This document shows, piece by piece, positions 11,632-13,180 of a stretch of 13,180 nt of DNA (position 1 is the first letter of the stretch; every line of letters begins with the position of its first letter). Under the pieces are notes generated by a model that was not told the origin of the DNA, made no database searches, and saw only the letters and a list, made by a program, of their open reading frames with translations. The position numbers and the translations under genes were made by a program. Source of the stretch: a virus (lineage: Duplodnaviria > Heunggongvirae > Uroviricota > Caudoviricetes); IMG/VR virus record IMGVR_UViG_3300032074_000001; one strand, given 5' to 3'.

Positions 11632-11640
11632 GAGAGACGC

Positions 11641-12018
11641 ATGTGGGACAAGCGAGCACAGGTCGTGGAGGTACACGACGGTGACACCATCACGGTGATC
11701 CTCGACCAAGGCTTCGATGAGACCAAGAAGATCAAGCTGCGCCTGTTCGGGGTGTTCGCCCCGGAACTTAAGGATGAAGGTGGCCAGGCGTGTCGTGAGT
11801 TCCTGACCACCTGGCTGGCTACCCACGACGATCTCCGGGGCTCCTGGCCGTTCGTGGTCACCACGGCCCGCACGCCGATCTCAGACACCGAGCAGCAGAC
11901 GCTCGGGCGGTACGTCGGCACGCTCACCAGCAGGGATGGCACCTCCAACCTGAACGTGGACATAGCCAACTTCATCCAGGTCCAGGGATACGGCCACGGC
12001 ACCGGCTGGAAGTCCTAG
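11641..12018 (+). CDS. SNase/thermonuclease-family nuclease
   Basis: VHDGDT, RLFGVFAPE, LGRYVG motifs; SD GGAG. Confidence 0.88.
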   Translation: MWDKRAQVVEVHDGDTITVILDQGFDETKKIKLRLFGVFAPELKDEGGQACREFLTTWLATHDDLRGSWPFVVTTARTPISDTEQQTLGRYVGTLTSRDGTSNLNVDIANFIQVQGYGHGTGWKS

Positions 12019-12044
12019 ACACACCGCATCACAAGCACTACAGT
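12016..12044 (+). promoter_or_regulatory. Rightward promoter
   Basis: TAGACA-N17-TACAGT. Confidence 0.65.
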
Positions 12045-12085
12045 TCAATCCGAGTCAGCGAGAGCGCTCAACCTCTAGGAGAGAC

Positions 12086-12208
12086 GTGAAGATCTGGAAG
12101 CGCTGGTTGTGCCAGCAACGGGGCCACAAGATGGCCCGACTACGCGGATACGAGTGGACCAACTTCCGCATCTGCAACTGCTGTGGTGAGCAGGGGTGGG
12201 AGGTGTGA
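12086..12208 (+). CDS. Small Zn-binding protein (40 aa) MKIWKRWLCQQRGHKMARLRGYEWTNFRICNCCGEQGWEV, DUF1660-like pattern
   Basis: SD AGGAG before GTG 12086; LCxxxGH...CxxCG; GTGA-coupled to the next gene. Confidence 0.75.
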   Translation: MKIWKRWLCQQRGHKMARLRGYEWTNFRICNCCGEQGWEV

Positions 12209-12993
12209 AGTTCGGGGATCTGTCCAAGTACCGGATCGACACCGACCTGGTGGTATCCGCACGTCACGAGAAGTGGCTGAGCGAGAACTCCAACCCGGTC
12301 TACTCCGACAAGGCGCTGGACTTCGCTGTCGAGGCGTTGGAGGCCCAGGCCAAGCCACGAGACCGCAGGGGCACCATCAGCGCGTCCTCGCTGGGCTCGT
12401 GCAGGCGCAAGCAGCAGTTCACCTTCATCGGGATGCCCGAGCTGCCGCCTTCGCCCAAGCTGGCGGGCATCTTCCAGAACGGCACGTTCATGCACATCCG
12501 CTGGCAGATGGCTGGGCTCACCGAGGGCTGGATGAAGGCTGCCGAGGTACCGGTGGGTCGCAACGACTACGGCCTGAGCGGTACTCAGGACGGCATCGCG
12601 TACGACGACTCGGTGATCGAGCTGAAGTCCACCAACTCCAACGGCTTCAACCGGGTGATGACCTTCGGTCCGCTCGGTGGCCACCCGTTCCAGGTCGGCA
12701 CCTACGTGCTCACCACTGGTGCGGAGCAAGGTGTGCTCATCTACGAGAACAAGGACACCCAGGACTTCAAGGAGTTCGTCCTGACCCGTGATGACCTGCC
12801 CTTGGACGAGATTGAGGTGATCAACGACGGCCTGTGGAAGAAGATCGCAGGCAAGGAGCTGATCGATCCCCTCGATGAGTGCGAGGCCAAGGCTGGCTAT
12901 CGCTACGCGGGCTGCCCGTTCCGCGCCCACTGTCTGAAGATCAACAGTTGGCAGCACGCCGAGGAGATTGCTGATGCGCATCGTCAAGCGTGA
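12205..12993 (+). CDS. Cas4-family (PD-(D/E)xK, RecB-like) exonuclease
   Basis: SASSLGSCRR, GTFMH, GTQDG, ELKS, QVGTY and C-terminal EC...CPFRAHC giving the 1+3 Cys Fe-S arrangement. Confidence 0.88.
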   Translation: MKFGDLSKYRIDTDLVVSARHEKWLSENSNPVYSDKALDFAVEALEAQAKPRDRRGTISASSLGSCRRKQQFTFIGMPELPPSPKLAGIFQNGTFMHIRWQMAGLTEGWMKAAEVPVGRNDYGLSGTQDGIAYDDSVIELKSTNSNGFNRVMTFGPLGGHPFQVGTYVLTTGAEQGVLIYENKDTQDFKEFVLTRDDLPLDEIEVINDGLWKKIAGKELIDPLDECEAKAGYRYAGCPFRAHCLKINSWQHAEEIADAHRQA

Positions 12994-13180
12994 GGACGAC
13001 TACCCCGACAAGGACGTGACCGGGGTGCCGTTCAAGAAGGAGCGAGAGCCAGTGGACCCCTGGACTGGTGAACCACTGGAGGTAGCCGCACCCACCCATG
13101 TCCAGTTCGGTCAGAAGCTCACCGAGGTCCCGGTGGCCTCTGACCTCCTCAGCCCGGACGAGATCACGGAGGAACTCCTT
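12974..13180 (+). CDS. Hypothetical protein, 5' part only: MRIVKREDDYPDKDVTGVPFKKEREPVDPWTGEPLEV...
   Basis: SD GAGGAG 7 nt before ATG 12974; frame open to the window end. Confidence 0.8.
   Translation, partial: MRIVKREDDYPDKDVTGVPFKKEREPVDPWTGEPLEVAAPTHVQFGQKLTEVPVASDLLSPDEITEELL

Noticed and set aside
12205-12993. Cas4-like gene as evidence of a CRISPR system
   Set aside because: No repeat-spacer array or other cas genes in the window; solo Cas4-family exonucleases are common in phage replication modules.

Overview
Segment of a high-GC, actinobacteriophage-like genome (free phage or prophage cannot be decided from this window). Bases 1-2333 hold a leftward, tightly overlapped run of small hypothetical genes headed by a secreted Gly-zipper/Cys protein. 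Bases 2334-3320 are a ~1 kb stretch without a credible gene, containing tandem and divergent sigma70-type promoters, terminators, operators and structured RNA candidates. Bases 3321-13180 are a rightward replication module: Zn-finger protein, DnaB-like helicase, DnaG-like primase, HTH protein, gp32-like SSB, tRNA-Asn, compact DnaE (Pol III alpha), HNH endonuclease, SNase-family nuclease and Cas4-family exonuclease. The strongest unexplained signal is a set of +1-frame ORFs nested inside the primase and dnaE genes. They overlap sharp patches of A/T-ending codons in otherwise C/G-ending genes, and two encode convincing transmembrane helices, which suggests a hidden overprinted gene set. The second signal is the structured non-coding cluster, including an attenuator-like leader in front of the leftward operon. 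All family assignments are by eye from motifs; no searches were run.
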